This document shows positions 34,731 to 40,012 of a stretch of 40,012 bases of DNA, in pieces. The DNA lies in the NCBI GenBank assembly GCA_010015585.1, contig ML975150.1, one strand, 5' to 3'. Position numbers and translations under genes: made by a program. The DNA comes from Eremomyces bilateralis CBS 781.70 (taxonomy: Eukaryota). The notes under the pieces were generated by a model. The model saw nothing but the letters and a program-made list of their open reading frames with translations, made no database searches and was not told the DNA's origin. Numbering within the stretch: position 1 is the first letter of the stretch; each line of letters starts with the position of its first letter.

Positions 34731-36198
34731 ATGCTCGGACTTTCAGAGACCTTCCCGGAGCACTTTGGGCCGAACAACATACCATTTGGTGTGGCCTCGT
34801 CTCCCACACATCGGCAGCCAACATGCGCGACACGAATCAATGATACAGTTATCTTCCTCGCCCCTCTGGCCAGATCCGGCATGTTCGACAATATAGCGGG
34901 TAACCTTGAGGAAGTCTTTTCAAAGGTGGGTGCATCGCTTTCTGTCTAGTCAATGTAGTGTATAGTTCTAACCGCGCCCCAGCCAGCCCTCAATGACTTC
35001 GCTGCATTGCCAAAATCTATTTCTCGCTCGGTCCGCGCTGCTCTCCAATCTATCATATCCATGGCCGCATCGACGGAAGAACTTCTGGCGCGGCTCCCGA
35101 AGGAAAGCGCCGCCCCCATCTCAGAAGTGCAGCTTCACTTGCCAGTGGCCGTTGGCGACTTTACCGACTATTCGGCGTCGGAGAACCACATGTTGAATAT
35201 GTCGGAAATCATTTCTGGCCGACGGGCAACACCACCGTCCTTTTACAATTTCCCCGTGGGCTACGGTGGCCGAGCGGGAAGCATCGTCGTGTCCGGAACG
35301 CCGATTGAGCGGCCGTACGGACAGTATGCCCCGAGAGACCAGAATACGGGAGCTGCGGCGGGGGGTGGAAATGCGGCGCGACTTATGTTCAATCCATCGC
35401 AGAAAGTCGACTATGAGTTGGAGGTAGCGGCAGTGATTGGGAGGCGGCTATCGAGGGGGGAACGGCTCCACGCGGCCGATGCAGACAAGCATATCTTTGG
35501 ACTAGTTCTGTTGAATGACTGGAGCGGTAAGTGCATATTTCACAGGCTGTCAAGGCCTTCTTCCCGTGTGGAAACATCGCGCATGTCGTAACAGAATATA
35601 CTAATGTGAGCCCATTTGGCGGATATCGGTCTCAGCCCGAGATATCCAAGCACACGAGATGACCGGATTGGGTCCAAACAACGGAAAGAGCTTCGGTACA
35701 TCAATTTCGCCATGGATTATCACTTTGGAGGCTCTGGAGCCGTTCAAAATGGCCCTCGATTCTCCCCAAAGAACTGTGCCGAGCTACTTGGATGACCCAC
35801 ACAGTTGTACGTACACCGTTGACCTGACTGTGGAGATCTTGCATGGGTCGGATCATGCTTCTTCCACTACCGTCTGCACGACAGCACTGCAGACGCTGTA
35901 CTGGACCTTCCGCCACATTCTTGCCCATCAAGCGGTCGGCGGCAGCGGACTGAGAACTGGCGATGTCGTTGCGTGCGGCACCGTGTCAGGAGCGGCAGAC
36001 TCGCAGCGCGGCTGTCTGATGGAGGCGACCAGGGGCGGAAAGCAACCGCTGACCCTGACCGATGGTAGTACCAGAGTATACTTGGAGGATGGCGATGTTG
36101 TGAGACTGACTGGCGCTGCCTCGTCTACCAAAGGCGTAGCAGGAGTTGGATTCGGAGAGTGTATTGGCCAGTTGTGTCCGGCAAGACCCTGGCCATAA
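34731..36198 (+). CDS. Fumarylacetoacetase (FAH) family hydrolase; exons 34731-34925, 34983-35526, 35636-36198
   Basis: HFGPNNIPFGV, LNDFAAL, GDFTDYS, PVGYGGRAGSIVVSGTPIERPYGQ, DYELE, LLNDWS|ARDIQ, GKSFGTSISPW, GTVSG, GCLME, YLEDGD, VGFGECIG. Two frame-preserving introns. Confidence 0.9.
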
Positions 36199-36454
36199 TG
36201 TGATAGGTGCCACCGTTCGATTTAACAGTGCGCTTTGGCATAGCTTTCAACATTCGGCAGCCTCAATGGTATTCAGTCAAGTTTTGATAAAGCAGGGGGG
36301 TTCCCGCACACTCTTGTTTCCCAAGTTCCTCCTTCCATTGATGTGCCAAAGTTTGAAAGCGTTTGCAGTAATGTAACCGCCCACTGAGTATGTCTAAAAC
36401 CGACCATCCTCTCGTGAAATGTTTGAGAGGTAGGGAGCCAGAGCAATGCTCACA

Positions 36455-39400
36455 TTAACTTGCCGCAGCCCTTGATCCCGATTGCAATCCACGCAACAGT
36501 TGCACCAAATTCTCAATTAGTGGTGGTCTCGAGCCGTTCGAACTGGTCCCGTCGTGATCATGATTGTCTTGCAAAGTCTTGATAACAATGTCCATTACTG
36601 CAGGCGGGATGGAAATAAGTGCCACGCCGCCGTGAGCTTGGGGATCTTGTAGAGCCGGTGACCCTCGGTTGAGTGAAACGAATCGTTTAACATCAACATT
36701 TTCCGGTCCGTCGAGCCAGACAACCGGATCTGAGTGCGTAGGCTGACTGTCGGGCTCGGTTGACAAGGGTTCCACGCGATCTCGAGACTGCAATATAACG
36801 CCGTATGCCCAGAATGCAAGGGTCGAGTGATATAAAGCAACCGAGTAGAACCCCCGCAGGTGCCTGGATGCCTGTAACTTGGCTACACGGACAACTTGGC
36901 CCGCGTGCCAGATCGCTTGGCGCGCAGCGGAAGTGTTAAACCACGAGCATAGGGAAGGGTAGATGCGTTTCGCGTCTGCCTCACCTTCCAAACCGGCGAA
37001 CACCTGGACATCTTCCATGGACATGTGCAGATGCATGAAAACTAGTTCAAGGGTCAATGTGATCCATTTGGAGTCCACAGTGGGCGCCAGTGGTTCATCG
37101 CAACAGATGCGAAAGTTCTGCAGCGACTGATGAAGCTCTTGGAATCGGGAGGACATGATCAGGCCGTAGTGGTTGGTGTTGACCTTGATCAGCGAACTGA
37201 ATTGACGATACTCCCATACCAGTCGCCACAAGCCGTATAGGAGCGCTTTTCGGGACTCATGTCGGTCGATAACAGGGCCTAGTATTGAGAAACAGTCAAT
37301 TTGTTTGATGCCCTCGACAAGGGATATGTGTCTGTCGGAGTATATATGGCGCGTCACACGCATTAGGGCATATTTCCAGGCTTCAGCTGACTCGGCAAGC
37401 CAGAGCTCTCGAGACTCTGGCAGAGGCAGATGCATCTCTGCGTACGAGATAAGTGGGCTGAAGAACTGGTCAGGATTTCATTTGGAGGATGATGGTGTCA
37501 TTAGCGGCCACTCACTTAACCATCAGACACATGGACACCTGGGTATCGTGCTGAAAAAGATGATACACAAATCTGAATCCGTTAGATTTTTTACATCTAT
37601 AAATTCGAGGAAAGCCGGCAAGTCTTCACCGTGGGGAGAGAATTACCTTTTGTACGATTCCTGTCGAACCCAATCCTTCCAACGTTGGGCAAGAATTTTC
37701 TCATCGTCGTCGGGCTGAACTACTATGGGCGCGTAACTAGACCTCCTGAAGCTTCCACTCCGACGGACCATCTATGGGTGTGAGTATGCGGGATGCTAAT
37801 CTTGAGCTTCCCTCGTCATGGAGAACACTTACCGTGACCAGCGGCTGCAGGAAGCTTTCAGCTATCTCGATTTTACGGCTGTTACCACTCCATAGACCGA
37901 CTTGCAATACCAGCAAAAACGTCTGCCAAAGCTGGAGGTTTCTGACGCGAGTGTTGTCCTCCTCGAACTAACGCACCGTAAGTTCATCATCGTGGACCAT
38001 TGTTAGGTATCAGGTTGCTCACTACAACTGAAAGTGTGGTCCGTAATACCTCCTGAAGGGCAAACCCTAGTTTATTCAGAGCAGAGTCCGGGGCGAGAGC
38101 CGCGCCGGTAGCGATCATGCCGGTAAGCAACTCAGGACATTCGACCTTGTTGGGGTCAAAACTGGGAAAGTGCAACCAGCTCGACGCAGTTGAAAACGGA
38201 CACGTTAAGTAGTACTGCAGTAACGTATCGAGCAACTCAGTCGACGGGAAGGACATTGTCAGGCGGCGACGGCTTTCCGGCTTCGACGCCTGCAACACCA
38301 TGGCGAGGATGGCGTCTCGGGATGCCTGAGAGAGTCTCTCGGCTGTCGCTCTACGGTCTGCTCCGATATGCGATTCGGGAGAGTCGTACGCATCCCGGAG
38401 AGGGAGCGAGATATTTTCTTGTTCGGATGTAGCACAGTCCTTCGATACAGGCGTGAATCTCCAGACGGACTTTCGGAACGCCTCTGCACCGAGAGCGACT
38501 CCTCGATATGACGGAACCGCTCTGGCTTCGCAGGCATCGGGCAGTAGCCCTCTGTCACTTGCGGACCGGCAGTCAAACGGTTCAAACGGCGCGGATTGAT
38601 TGTATGTCTCCAGAAAGCTAAAGTCCGCTTCATTGAACTCAAGATCAGTGTCGAGCCCAAAATTCGTCACTCCTCTTGGCGTCCACGTTCCTGGGACGGC
38701 TACGCCATTCATAGGTCGATAGGAGGGCTCGTTAGTGGCTTCTAGCATATTTAGGAGTTCATTTGACATTCTGATCGACTCCCCTTCATCCGCCGCGGGT
38801 GCGGTCGCTGGCGCCCATCCGCCATCAATCTGCACCCCAAGCACGTTCACCTGAAGACCAAGAATGCCATCCTCTCCTACCGGAAGGACGTGTTGGCCGT
38901 CTCGATCCGTTTCATTCTCAGTCACGCTTCGGGGTGGGTCGTAATCGTAGACCGGCGCCAGTTGCTGTGGTCCGGACGGTTCAGATCCATCGCTGGGGAT
39001 ATTGGGTAAGACTTGCGTTTGCGTAGGCCGCTGCCCAGTATCTCTGACCCCGTTCACCGTGCCAGGGTTGCGAGACACGGTACAGGACGATGCGAATCGA
39101 CAGTTGACGCCCTTCTTTTGGCAACGCTTGCACGGCTTCACCTCTTCGCACTTCAGGTGCAGCTCTGCGCACTCCTCACACGCTTCGGAGATGCGGCTCG
39201 TACGAAGCCTTTTAGGGCGCCTGCCGGCAAGGGCAGCTTCGCTATGACCAGCAGCATGCCGCTTCATTAGATCGGCCCTTGCGAATGGCTTAAGGCACGT
39301 GTCACAGACGAATGGTTTCTCCTTCGTATCTGCAGACGACATGGGTTAGCGCGAGCAGCAGTAGCAATAAATCCCGATTTTACTGACGCGAGCGGACATG

Positions 39401-39505
39401 GCGAGAGAGGTGATCGAGCCTCGTGTATGTCCGTTTGCATTCAGCACACTGGAACAGTGCCTGCGCTGGAGTACCCACACCCCTCTGATCGGCTGATGTA
39501 GGCAT
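36455..39505 (-). CDS. Transcription factor with two C2H2 fingers, a Zn2Cys6 cluster and a fungal TF middle region; exons 39505-39388, 39329-38023, 37967-37833, 37771-37647, 37572-37516, 37457-36455
   Basis: Exon 1 reads MPTSADQ...[51 protein letters not shown], then [27 protein letters not shown]. Later motifs are [21 protein letters not shown] and [11 protein letters not shown]. Five GT-AG introns all preserve frame. Confidence 0.88.
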
Positions 39506-39751
39506 GATGTGGTGTCACCCCGGAGTGTCCTCGTCTCCACGAAGCACCGGCGAAGAATCCGGGGAAGTTGAAGCGAAATGTGGAGGCGAGTACCATCATA
39601 TCGGGTTCTGCAAATGCGAGCGACGGGGAAGGTGCGGAGAAGTGGAGGCGGGGGGAGCGCGGAGATGTGGGGGGAGACGCGGATACATAACATAGTTAAC
39701 TGGGACAGATCAATCAATCACTTAATTAACGTAATTAGAGTATGGTATTCC

Positions 39752-39783
39752 ACAAGCGAGCCGCCATTACAAGCGAGCCGCCA
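39752..39783. repeat. 15-bp direct repeat ACAAGCGAGCCGCCA x2 upstream of the transcription factor
   Basis: Exact copies at 39752-39766 and 39769-39783. Confidence 0.85.
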
Positions 39784-40012
39784 CCTCAACCTATACCAAA
39801 CCACTTCAAGTACAGATTTCTCTACAACGCCAAATAAAATCAATTATTTATAATATCCAGTCTATTATACAGTATCTTGCCGACCTAGAGGACATGTTTC
39901 AATACGATGTCCTACCTCACGACAGCGTCCACATCGCCTTCGACGCGGCGTAGCCCCATCCTGTAGGGTACGACTTTGACGTATTTCTTGAGAAATTTGG
40001 GACTCAATGGCG

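Noticed and set aside
35527..35635. 109-nt FAH intron as a possible stwintron
   Set aside because: Found no internal intron whose removal would reconstitute a donor, branch or acceptor site.

Overview
Eukaryotic DNA from a filamentous ascomycete (Pezizomycotina). The basis is short GT-AG introns with CTRAY-type branch sites, a Zn2Cys6 factor and fungal-type proteins. The first ~8.2 kb has no convincing gene. The rest is a compact run of about 15 genes: a conserved hypothetical protein, GPN3, a diaminopropionate ammonia-lyase-like PLP enzyme, Prp2/Cdc28 DEAH helicase, a possible glycosyltransferase-like membrane protein, a nucleoside hydrolase (URH1-like), a ferric-reductase-family protein, EMC1, a SnoaL-like protein, a GST, RPS7, haspin kinase, a small hypothetical protein, a fumarylacetoacetase paralogue and a hybrid C2H2/Zn2Cys6 transcription factor. 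An AT-rich stretch broken by in-frame TAG stops is probably a pseudogene. Exon boundaries were read by eye from the sequence. Product names come from remembered motifs, and no database search was run. I found no intact transposon, tRNA, rRNA or CRISPR, and no clearly novel multi-gene system. The best leads are a possible non-AUG mitochondrial extension of the GST, an N-terminally short Prp2 beside a variant PLP lyase, the FAH plus transcription-factor pair, and the RIP-like pseudogene.
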